Source: Candidatus Acetothermia bacterium (GTDB taxonomy: Bacteria; Bipolaricaulota; Bipolaricaulia; RBG-16-55-9; JANLFV01). From it: a stretch of 64,000 nucleotides of DNA. Position numbers and translations under genes: made by a program. Shown here in pieces: positions 25,145-33,154 of this stretch (within the stretch, counting starts at the first letter, position 1; each line of letters starts with the position of its first letter). The stretch covers positions 790 to 64,789 of the forward strand of contig JANLFV010000005.1 of NCBI GenBank assembly GCA_024653345.1. The letters run 5' to 3'. Below the pieces are notes generated by a model. It was not told the origin of the DNA and did not search any database. It worked only from the letters and a program-made list of their open reading frames with translations.

Positions 25145-26875
25145 ATGGAGGACCTTTGCTCGCTCTTCACCTCGAGGCGTTGGCGGCTCAGTCCGCCGAG
25201 CCCAGGGCTGGCCGAGGCCCTCGCGGCCAGACTGGGCTGCTCGCTCGCCCTGGCCCGTGTCCTGGAGGGTCGTAAGGGCGGGAAGCCGGAGGATCTCCTG
25301 GAAGGAGGCCCCGAGCAGTTCAACCCCCCGTGGAGCTTCGCCCCGATGGAGCGGGCGGTGGAGCGGTTGCTCCTCGCCCGCGAGCGCGGCGAGCGGCTCT
25401 TCATCCACGGCGACTTCGATGTGGACGGGATCAGCGGGACAGCCCTCCTCTACCTCGGCCTCCGCCAGGCCGGCTTCCAGGGGTTGAAGGTCGAACTAGA
25501 GGACCGCGCCCGAGGCCACGGCCTCAATCCAGAGGTGGTGAAGCGGGTCATCGCCGAGGGGTTCAAGCTCCTCATCACGGTCGATTCCGGAACCTCCGAC
25601 CCGGACTATGTCGCGCAGCTCGAGGAAGCGGGGGTGAATGTGATCGTCACCGACCACCATCAGCCCCTCCCCCAGCTCCCTCCAGCGACGGCGATCCTGA
25701 ACCCGAGGCTGGAGAGCTGCGCCTACCCCAATAAGGCCCTCGCGGGGGTCGGGGTGACCTTCCAACTCCTCCGCGGGCTCTACGAGCGGCTGGGGATGGC
25801 TGAGCAGGCCCGGGCCTTCCTCGATTTGGTGATGCTCGGGACGGTGGCCGACCTCGTCCCGCTGGTGGCCGACGGCCAGGCGGAGAATAAGGCGCTAGTG
25901 GCCGAGGGCCTGAGGCTGCTCGCCGCCGGCGGGGGCCAGCTCGGCCTCCGGACGCTCGTGGAGAAGGTGGGCCTGGACCCGGCCCGCCTCACTGCTGGGG
26001 AGGTGGGCTACATCGTGGCTCCGAAGGTGAACGCCGCGAACCGCGTGGGCGACCCCCGGGTGGCCTTCCTCCTCCTCACTACCGAGAGCCGCCAGCGGGC
26101 GGACTACCTCGCGGAGATCTTGCTGGACTACAACCGCGACCGCCAGGTGGCCCAGGACGACCTCCTCTACCAGGCGGAGGAGCTGATCCGGGCCGGGGCG
26201 GCCGATCCCGCGCGGGACAAGATCATCATCCTCGAGGGGAAATACTGGAACCCGGGGATCATCGGCCTGGTCGCCTCCGATCTGGTCGAGCGCTACTATC
26301 GCCCCGCGATCCTCATCTCGCGGGGCGAGCGGGAGAGCCGGGCGAGCGGCCGCTCGATCCCCGAGTTCGACCTGATCGCCTCGCTCGAGCGGTTCAGCCA
26401 CCTCTTGCTCCGCCACGGGGGGCACCAGATGGCCGCGGGGTTTTCCATCACCAACCAGAACATCCCTCCCCTGCGCGAGGGGCTCTTCAGCTACGCCAGG
26501 GAGCGGCTGGCCGACCTCGACGGCCCGACCTCGAAGATCGATGCGCTCCTCGCCCCCGAGGAGATCGGCCTCGGCCTCTACAAGGAGATCCAGCGCCTCG
26601 CCCCCTTCGGGATGGGGAACCCCGAGCCGCGGTTCCTCCTCCCGCGCGCCCGGCTCGCATCCGTCGAGCTGGTCGGCAAGGGAGGGAATCACCTCAAGTG
26701 CCGCGCCCAGGCCGGCGGGAGCGAGCTCGAGTGCATCGGGTTCGACATGGGAGGCTATGCCAGGCGGCTCTGGGAGCTAGGGGAGGTCGGGCTGGTCTTC
26801 AAGCTCGGGCGGGATGAGTGGCTCGGCCAGGTGAAGGTCCAACTCGAGCTGGAGGACTTCGTCCCGGCCTGCTGA
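25145..26875 (+). CDS. recJ: single-stranded-DNA-specific exonuclease RecJ (DHH/DHHA1)
   Basis: DHH motifs LFIHGDFDVDGISGTA, ITVDSGTS, VIVTDHHQP. GGHQMAAGF from the DHHA1 region. Confidence 0.9.
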   Translation: MEDLCSLFTSRRWRLSPPSPGLAEALAARLGCSLALARVLEGRKGGKPEDLLEGGPEQFNPPWSFAPMERAVERLLLARERGERLFIHGDFDVDGISGTALLYLGLRQAGFQGLKVELEDRARGHGLNPEVVKRVIAEGFKLLITVDSGTSDPDYVAQLEEAGVNVIVTDHHQPLPQLPPATAILNPRLESCAYPNKALAGVGVTFQLLRGLYERLGMAEQARAFLDLVMLGTVADLVPLVADGQAENKALVAEGLRLLAAGGGQLGLRTLVEKVGLDPARLTAGEVGYIVAPKVNAANRVGDPRVAFLLLTTESRQRADYLAEILLDYNRDRQVAQDDLLYQAEELIRAGAADPARDKIIILEGKYWNPGIIGLVASDLVERYYRPAILISRGERESRASGRSIPEFDLIASLERFSHLLLRHGGHQMAAGFSITNQNIPPLREGLFSYARERLADLDGPTSKIDALLAPEEIGLGLYKEIQRLAPFGMGNPEPRFLLPRARLASVELVGKGGNHLKCRAQAGGSELECIGFDMGGYARRLWELGEVGLVFKLGRDEWLGQVKVQLELEDFVPAC

Positions 26876-26897
26876 GGGGAACGCCGCGGGGGCAGCG

Positions 26898-28517
26898 CTA
26901 GAGGACTTCCCGGCCCGGTTCGAGGAGGAGGACTCGCAGGATGAACGGCGGTATCGCCAGGGCCCTTCTCGCCCGCCACGGCTGGCGTAGCAGCCGGTAG
27001 AGCCATTCCAGGCCGAGCTGGCGCAGAACGCGCGGGGCCCGCGGGAGCCGCCCCGAGAGGACATCGAGGCTCCCTCCGACCCCGATGAGGACCTTTGCCT
27101 TGAGCTCACGCTTGTGCTCCAGCATCCACAGCTCCTGCCGCGGGACGCCCAGCCCGACGAGCAGAACCTCGGCCTCGGAGGCGTTGATCAGCCCGATGAT
27201 CTCGCGGTCATCAGCGAAGTAGCCGTGATGGGTTCCCACGATCCTGATCCCCGGGAAGCGCTCCTCCAACTGCGCCTTGGCCTCCTCGGCTACGCCGGGA
27301 GCCGCCCCGAGGAGGAAGAGCCTGTAGCCCCGCGAGGCCGCGCGCCGGCAGAGCTCCTCGGCCAGCTCGATCCCCGTGACCCGCTCCGGCAGGGGTGCTC
27401 TCCAGAAGCGCGAGGCCCAGACTATCCCCGTCCCGTCGGCGGTGACGAGGTCGGCCTGCTGATAGGCCTCCTTCAGCCTTTGATCCCGCTGGGCCCGCCA
27501 GAGGGCGGTCGTGTCGGGAGTCATGACGACCGCCTGCCGGCCCTCGGCCAGTCGCCGCTCGAGGAAGTCGGCCGCCTCCTGCAGCCTCAGCCGCGCTAGA
27601 GGGACGCCGAAGAGCCGAAGCTGCCTCTCCGTCGAGAGGAGCTGATCGCCCGCGGCCGGGCTCCCCCAGCGCCACAGGATGAAGCCCAGCGGGACAAGCC
27701 CGCCGAGGAGGAGTAGCCCCGGCCTGGGGGTGCGCCAGAGGACGAGGCCGATGCTGAAGTAGCTCGCCAACAGATAGAAGAGGAGGCCATGGTGTCGGAG
27801 GGTCCGGAGGAGCGCAGCCCGCTCGGCCGGGCCGTAAGCGATCGGGAGCGTGGTCGTCCAGAGCGGGAGCCCGAGCGAGAGCAGCGGCCCGAGCAGCGCC
27901 AAGGAGGCAGTCGTCTTGAGGACCCCGGCGATGGAGATGAGCGCCAGGGCAAAGCCCACGGCCTCGGGAGCGGCCAGCCCTCGGCCGCGGAGGAACCAGG
28001 CCGACAGGAGCCCGAGGAGGCTGACAACCAGGGCAAGGGCGAACAGCGGCGACTGGCCCTGAAATAGCCCGATGATCAAGAAGACTACGGTCGTGAGCAG
28101 CGCGATCTTCAGCCCCAGCCGCCCCGCGCTCCAGGAGTTGATCAGGCTCAATGAGTGGGCCACAACGGCGATCCAGCCGAGCGTGAGCGGGAGGCTGAGA
28201 TAGCTCAGGTAGATGAAGCCACCGCTGGGACTGGTGATGAAGGAGATCCTGAAGCCGGCAGCGTAGGCGATCCCGCCCGCGAAGAGGACCAGCGCAAGGC
28301 GGAGCCAGGGGCTGTTCCCCCAGCGCCTGCCGAGCGCACTTCCGACAAGGAGCATCGCCAGGCCCGCCCCCAGGCCGAGGAGCCGCCCGTCCGGGCCGAG
28401 CGGGATCAAGGCCAACGGCAGGGCGAGCAGACTCCGCCCTGGCCGGCGGCGGGCGAATGCCAGCCCGGCGATCAGCGCGAGCCCCAGGACCACCACCAGC
28501 TCCATTACAGTTGACAT
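26898..28517 (-). CDS. fusion: N-terminal polytopic membrane domain (about 290 aa, 8-10 TM) + C-terminal WecB/TagA/CpsF family glycosyltransferase (GT26)
   Basis: C-terminal half QAVVMTPDTTALWRAQRDQRL...ADLVTADGTGIVWASRF...LLVGLGVPRQELWM matches GT26. The N-terminal half is all TM helices. Confidence 0.8.
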   Translation of the reverse strand: MSTVMELVVVLGLALIAGLAFARRRPGRSLLALPLALIPLGPDGRLLGLGAGLAMLLVGSALGRRWGNSPWLRLALVLFAGGIAYAAGFRISFITSPSGGFIYLSYLSLPLTLGWIAVVAHSLSLINSWSAGRLGLKIALLTTVVFLIIGLFQGQSPLFALALVVSLLGLLSAWFLRGRGLAAPEAVGFALALISIAGVLKTTASLALLGPLLSLGLPLWTTTLPIAYGPAERAALLRTLRHHGLLFYLLASYFSIGLVLWRTPRPGLLLLGGLVPLGFILWRWGSPAAGDQLLSTERQLRLFGVPLARLRLQEAADFLERRLAEGRQAVVMTPDTTALWRAQRDQRLKEAYQQADLVTADGTGIVWASRFWRAPLPERVTGIELAEELCRRAASRGYRLFLLGAAPGVAEEAKAQLEERFPGIRIVGTHHGYFADDREIIGLINASEAEVLLVGLGVPRQELWMLEHKRELKAKVLIGVGGSLDVLSGRLPRAPRVLRQLGLEWLYRLLRQPWRARRALAIPPFILRVLLLEPGREVL

Positions 28518-28809
28518 TAAACCCGACGAGCCCGGTCAAGTGAAAGAAGGGGGTGAGATGGACTCCGGACCTTTGTCCCCTGGCACGGCAGCCTCGGCCG
28601 ATTCCAGCCAAATCATAACCTCGGCGGGCAGCCCCAGGTTAAGGTCTATGACGCCGCAGTGGTCGCTCGCGTCAATACTCCGTCAGGTATCCCGTCTCAA
28701 GAGCATGAACACGGCACGCTGGGGGTTGCGCAAGAGTGGGTAGTTGCTTTATTATGATCGCTATTAAGGAAAGGTGGTCGCCGAACCCCATGGAGATGGG
28801 AGGGTCGAT

Positions 28810-29796
28810 ATGGGTGTTGAGTTCTCGCCTCAAGAAGTTATTGAATTCTTAGGAGGCCGGGACGAGTTTCGCAAGTTCCTTGGACAAAAGGTCCACGCCG
28901 CCGAGGTGGCTAAGAGCCTAGTGGAGGCGGCCTTGGCCGGCAAAGGTGATGCCTACAGCTCTTCTCTTCAGGACACAATCAACCGCATTGGTGAGCTCTT
29001 AGGGTTCCAAGTGACATACGGGGAATACCGGAGTGGGCCGGACGGGATCTGGCTCTCCTCGATGGACCGTGCTCTCGTAGTGGAAGTGAAGACCTCCACC
29101 AGCTTCCGCATCTCCCATGAGGTGCTCTTGGGGTATATGGACCAGGTCAAGAGCGAGCGCGGAGTCCCCAAGGGGAGTGTTCTGGGGCTCTATGTCATCG
29201 GGCGTCAAGAGGATGACACAACTCAGATTGAGGACAGTATCAGGGGCGGGGGCCGCGAGCGCGAGCTGCGCATGATCTCTGCCCATGAACTGATCGCGCT
29301 CTTGGAACTGAAGGAAGAAGCAGGACTAGACCATGAGCAAGTCCTGGTCTTCTTGCCGCTTGACTTGGTCAACTTAGGCCCACTTATCCGCCAGGTGAGG
29401 GCGATGCTTCTTGCTTGCGCTCGCGGTGAGGGTGCTCAGCCTGAAACTCCTACACTGGAAGAACCATCCCTGCCTCCTAAAGGCAAGCGGCGGCTGGTAA
29501 GACTCAAAGACCTATTGAAACGAGGGATCATAGAGCCGGGGATGGAATTTCATGCGAAGCGTAAAGGCAAGGAGTATACGACTACAGTCTCTGCCAATGG
29601 CAAGTTGATCTTGGGCAAGAAAGAGTTCGAAACGCCTTCAGCTGCCGCCTGCGCTGCGGCCAAGACCACTGCCGAAGATGGGTGGTTCTTCTGGCACTAT
29701 AGAGATGCCCAGACTGGCCAGCTGGCCCCGATTGCCGAACTCCGGGCCAAGCTAACCGGCGGGCTCCGCAACCCTTACCTGCCGAAGGGAAAATGA
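28810..29796 (+). CDS. PD-(D/E)xK restriction-endonuclease-like domain + C-terminal DUF4357/RAMA-like domain protein (low-GC island)
   Basis: GPDGIWLSSMDRALVVEVKTS gives a PD...EVK nuclease motif. C-terminus YTTTVSANGKLILGKKEFETPSAAACAAAKTTAEDGWFFWHY gives the SPS-AA / GW..W pattern of DUF4357/RAMA. GGGAGGG RBS before ATG 28810. Local GC much lower than the flanks. Confidence 0.55.
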   Translation: MGVEFSPQEVIEFLGGRDEFRKFLGQKVHAAEVAKSLVEAALAGKGDAYSSSLQDTINRIGELLGFQVTYGEYRSGPDGIWLSSMDRALVVEVKTSTSFRISHEVLLGYMDQVKSERGVPKGSVLGLYVIGRQEDDTTQIEDSIRGGGRERELRMISAHELIALLELKEEAGLDHEQVLVFLPLDLVNLGPLIRQVRAMLLACARGEGAQPETPTLEEPSLPPKGKRRLVRLKDLLKRGIIEPGMEFHAKRKGKEYTTTVSANGKLILGKKEFETPSAAACAAAKTTAEDGWFFWHYRDAQTGQLAPIAELRAKLTGGLRNPYLPKGK

Positions 29797-29866
29797 AGAA
29801 GAGCATTGGCTGGTTCTAAAGTCAACCGTGGTCCATCTTCAAAATCCCGGGGAGCTTGGAGTGCCG

Positions 29867-30670
29867 ATGGCCGGGAAGCGGGAGGCGGTGTATGAGGCGG
29901 TGGTCTCGCTGCTGCGGGCGCGGCTGGAGAACGTAAAGAGCATCCGAGATATGCACTTGATTTACATGGACGACTCTCGTGATGAGCAACTTTGCGCATT
30001 CTCGGCTCTAGCTGTGCCAGCAGATCAATGGCAAGAGGCATTTGCCCAAGTGCGCGCGTTCAGGCGCGGCCTTAAGAGATCTGATGGAATCTATGTTTAT
30101 AAAGAGCTTCATGCCTGGAAATTTGTCTCAGGACGAGGCAAGATCTCTGATCGAGTGGTTCCTAAAGGCCGGCGCTGTGAAATCTTCAAACAAGCCTTGC
30201 AAATGGTTGCTAGCCTTCCGGGAAGTCGTCTCTTCAACGCCGTATTCCCTGCCAAGCAAGATACTTGGGCATTCGAGTGACTGCTCAATCGTATTAACCG
30301 GACTATGAGCGCTTGGGATAGTCGAGCCATCTTGATCTGTGATACTGGTAAGGAGTTAGCCTATATACGCCTAGTTCGCCGCTTGCATATCTACAACCCT
30401 ATACCCAGTAAACACGGGGTCTGGGAAGATACAGGCACAGCGACGAAAAATATCCCCATTGAGCGCATTATTGAAGATCCGTTCTTCAAGCGCTCGGAGC
30501 AATCGTACTTCATCCAGTTAGCTGATTTTTGCGCTTATGCGCTCTTACGGAAGGAGCGACCGGTCCCCTCCAAGACAGAATATGGCTTAGATCGCGCGTT
30601 TGAATTGCTCAAGCCTATCCTGGTCTTGGAGGCAAGCCCCCGGGATCCTGAAGGCGTTATTCGTCCTTAG
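29867..30670 (+). pseudogene. DUF3800 family gene interrupted by an in-frame TGA (two track ORFs 29828..30280 and 30305..30670 in the same frame)
   Basis: N-terminal MHLIYMDDSRDEQLCAFSAL resembles the DUF3800 IY-DESG start. C-terminal FIQLADFCAYALLR resembles the DUF3800 Q.AD motif. Both halves are in the same frame, separated by TGA at 30278-30280. Low-GC. Confidence 0.45.
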
Positions 30671-30770
30671 CCTCAAAAAGAAGAGCAGGGCCTAGCTCCG
30701 CCACCGAGGACGGGTTCGGTCCTGCATAACTACTATAACAGCTCGTCGGACGAATGTCAAGTGCTGTGAG

Positions 30771-30851
30771 GTGACGGCGGGCGAGCGCGACGCTGTCTAT
30801 GAGGCAATGATCGCACTGGTGCAATCGCCGCTGGAGAAGGTAAAGTGTATA
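30771..30851 (+). pseudogene. 5' remnant (about 27 codons) of a second DUF3800 paralogue, truncated by the hicBA-2 cassette
   Basis: VTAGERDAVYEAMIALVQSPLEKVKCI aligns with MAGKREAVYEAVVSLLRARLENVKSI at the start of the intact DUF3800 gene. The upstream 30 nt are also similar. Homology ends about 20 nt before the hicB-2 ATG. Confidence 0.4.
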
Positions 30852-30871
30852 ATGGGAGAAGGTGAGACGAC

Positions 30872-31092
30872 ATGGGCAAGTATCAGTTTACTGTTGTCGT
30901 AGAGAGCGATGAGGATGGCGTGTATATCGCCTCCTGCCCCGCAGTTCAGGGATGCTACTCCCAGGGGGTACCTACGAAGAGGCATTAAGGAATCTTAAGG
31001 ATGCCATCAAGCTGCACATTGAGGCGCGCCGGAGCGTGGGAGAGCCGATTCCCATCGAGATCGCCGTAGATCGGGTAGAGATTGATGTCTAA
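30872..31092 (+). pseudogene. hicB: HicB-family antitoxin, copy 2, with a -1 frameshift in a G5 run (30964-30968)
   Basis: Frame 0: MGKYQFTVVVESDEDGVYIASCPAVQGCYSQG, then stop at 30986. The -1 frame continues GTYEEALRNLKDAIKLHIEARRSVGEPIPIEIAVDRVEIDV to the stop at 31090-31092. Joined, they give a canonical HicB. Confidence 0.6.
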
Positions 31093-31282
31093 GCTCCGCC
31101 CAGCCAAGTCCGAAGAAGTGCAGAGGATCTTAGAGCAGCTGGGCTTTCAGCCCATCCGTCAAAGTGGCAGTCACGCTGTCTACCGCTATCCTAATGGCCG
31201 CTGGACTGCGGTGCCCCTTCATCCAGGCAGGGAGGTATCCAAAGGGACGCTGAGAGTCGATGAATTTGAAGCGTTGTGCTGA
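31085..31282 (+). CDS. hicA: HicA-family toxin, copy 2
   Basis: MSKLRPAKSEEVQRILEQLGFQPIRQSGSHAVYRYPNGRWTAVPLHPGREVSKGTLR fits the HicA fold and has the catalytic His in GSH. ATG overlaps the hicB-2 stop. Confidence 0.7.
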   Translation: MSKLRPAKSEEVQRILEQLGFQPIRQSGSHAVYRYPNGRWTAVPLHPGREVSKGTLRVDEFEALC

Positions 31283-31326
31283 CGGTTGGGGAGCGCGCCA
31301 CATTCTCTAAGGCTATGGGTGAGCGA

Positions 31327-32721
31327 TTACTTCCCCACACAGAAGTTGGCGAAGATCCGGTCGATGACCTCCTCGGTGAGGTTCTCCCCGGTCAGCTCGC
31401 CCAGGATCGCCAGGGCCTCCTCCAGCCCGGTCGCCAGCAGGTCCGGGGTCGCCCCCGCTCTGGCGTCGGCGAGGGTCGCCTTTAAGGCCCCTTTCGCCCG
31501 CTGGAGCAGCTCCTTCTCGCGGATGTTCAATAAGAACAGGCCTTCAGGCCTCTCGAGCCGGCCCTCCCAGACCAGCCCGACCAGCCGCCCCTTCAGCTCC
31601 TCGAGGCCGGTGCCGAGCTTGGCCGAGATCTCTAGGACGCCTTCGGGCTCGATTCCCAGGGCCACAACCGCCTCTTGCGGAGAGAAGCTCTTCTCGAGGT
31701 CGGCCTTATTCAACACCAGGATGGTGCGCTTCCCCTGTAGTCTCTTGGCGATCAGCCGGTCCTCCGCCGTGAGCGGCTCGCTCAGGTCGAGCAGGAAGAG
31801 CACCAGGTCCGCCCCCTCCGCGGCCTTGAGGGCCAGCTCGACCCCGAGCCGCTCGACCGCGTCATGGACCTCCCGGACCCCGGCGGTGTCGATCAGTTTG
31901 AAGGGGATTCCCTCGAGCTCGACCCACTCCTCGAGCCGGTCCCGGGTCGTCCCCGGGAAGGGGGTGACGATGGCCCGCTCCTCCTGGAGGAGGGCGTTCA
32001 AGAGCGTGGACTTCCCCACATTCGGCCGGCCGATGAGCGCGACCGCCAGCCCCTCGCGGATGATCCGCCCATCCCGGCCGTGCTCGAGGAAGTATTCTAC
32101 CTGAGCGAGGGCCGCCTCCAGCTCCCCGAGGAGCCGCTCTCGCGGGAGGGCCTCCTCCTCGTAGTCGGGGAAGTCGAGCCCCACCTCAATCCCAGCCAGA
32201 AGGTCGAGGAGCCTCTCGCGGAGCTCTTTGATCGGGCGGGAGAAGCGGCCCTCGAGCCTTTGCATCGCGCATTCCAGCCCGAGCTCCGTCTTGGCTCGGA
32301 CGATCTCCAGGACCGCCTCGGCCTGGTCGATCGAGATCCGCCCATTGAGGAAGGCCCGCTTGGTGAACTCCCCCGGCCCGGCCGGCCGCGCACCCTTCGC
32401 CAGGACGAGCTCCAGGACCCGCCGGAGCGGGACGATTCCCCCGTGGCAGTCGATCTCCACCACATCCTCGCGGGTGTAGGTCCGGGGGGCACGCATCACG
32501 GCCACGAGGACCTCATCGACCCTCTCCCCGCCAGCCTCGATGAAGCCGTAATGGATGGTGTGACTCGGGGCATCCCGGAGCCTGATCCCCTTCGGTGAGC
32601 GGAAGAGTCCGTCGACGATCGCGATCGCCTGGGGGCCGGAGAGGCGGACGATCCCGATCCCACCCTCCCCGAGGGGGGTCGAGATCGCGGCGATCGTATC
32701 CTCAGTGTAGGCGCGGCTCAA
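31327..32721 (-). CDS. mnmE: tRNA modification GTPase MnmE
   Basis: N-terminal GIVRLSG, G-domain GRPNVGKSTLLN / DTAG, C-terminal CVGK. Confidence 0.95.
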   Translation of the reverse strand: MSRAYTEDTIAAISTPLGEGGIGIVRLSGPQAIAIVDGLFRSPKGIRLRDAPSHTIHYGFIEAGGERVDEVLVAVMRAPRTYTREDVVEIDCHGGIVPLRRVLELVLAKGARPAGPGEFTKRAFLNGRISIDQAEAVLEIVRAKTELGLECAMQRLEGRFSRPIKELRERLLDLLAGIEVGLDFPDYEEEALPRERLLGELEAALAQVEYFLEHGRDGRIIREGLAVALIGRPNVGKSTLLNALLQEERAIVTPFPGTTRDRLEEWVELEGIPFKLIDTAGVREVHDAVERLGVELALKAAEGADLVLFLLDLSEPLTAEDRLIAKRLQGKRTILVLNKADLEKSFSPQEAVVALGIEPEGVLEISAKLGTGLEELKGRLVGLVWEGRLERPEGLFLLNIREKELLQRAKGALKATLADARAGATPDLLATGLEEALAILGELTGENLTEEVIDRIFANFCVGK

Positions 32722-33154
32722 TGACTACCCTCCGCTCCGCCCCCCGGCCCTCGGAGTAGGTCCGGACCCCGGCGAAGCCGGCCAGGGCCTCGTGGATCGC
32801 CTTCCGCTCCCAGGGCTCCATCGGGTTGAGCCGGATCCGCTTCCGCTCGGCCCGGGCCTCCTCTCCCAGCTTGAGGGCCATCAAGCGGAGCTCCTCCTTC
32901 CGCCGGAGGCGGTAGCTGTTGACATCGAGCTGGACCCGGACCCCCTCGTGCAGCCGCCGCTTCAGCGCGAGCTCCAAGAGGTAGTCGAGGGCCCGAAGAG
33001 CCTCCTGCTCCTGGCCGGAGAGGATTTCCATCCCCTTCAGGTCGATCATGACCATCCCCCCCTCCTCCTTCAGCTCGAGCTGGGCCGATTCGCCCAGGAT
33101 CTTGAGGAATCGCTCGAGATAGGCCCGGACGGCCGCCTCAACTTCGGGCTTCAT
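32702..33154 (-). CDS. jag: RNA-binding protein Jag/KhpB (KH + R3H)
   Basis: 150 aa, Jag-N/KH/R3H pattern. Conserved position between yidC and mnmE. Confidence 0.8.
   Translation of the reverse strand: MKPEVEAAVRAYLERFLKILGESAQLELKEEGGMVMIDLKGMEILSGQEQEALRALDYLLELALKRRLHEGVRVQLDVNSYRLRRKEELRLMALKLGEEARAERKRIRLNPMEPWERKAIHEALAGFAGVRTYSEGRGAERRVVIEPRLH

Noticed and set aside
30278-30280. TGA read as a sense codon (alternative genetic code)
   Set aside because: TGA terminates many well-conserved genes in this window at their expected ends (S8 protease, lemA, moxR, the gene before FDP-2). The genome uses the standard code. The DUF3800 TGA is treated as a nonsense mutation or readthrough candidate.
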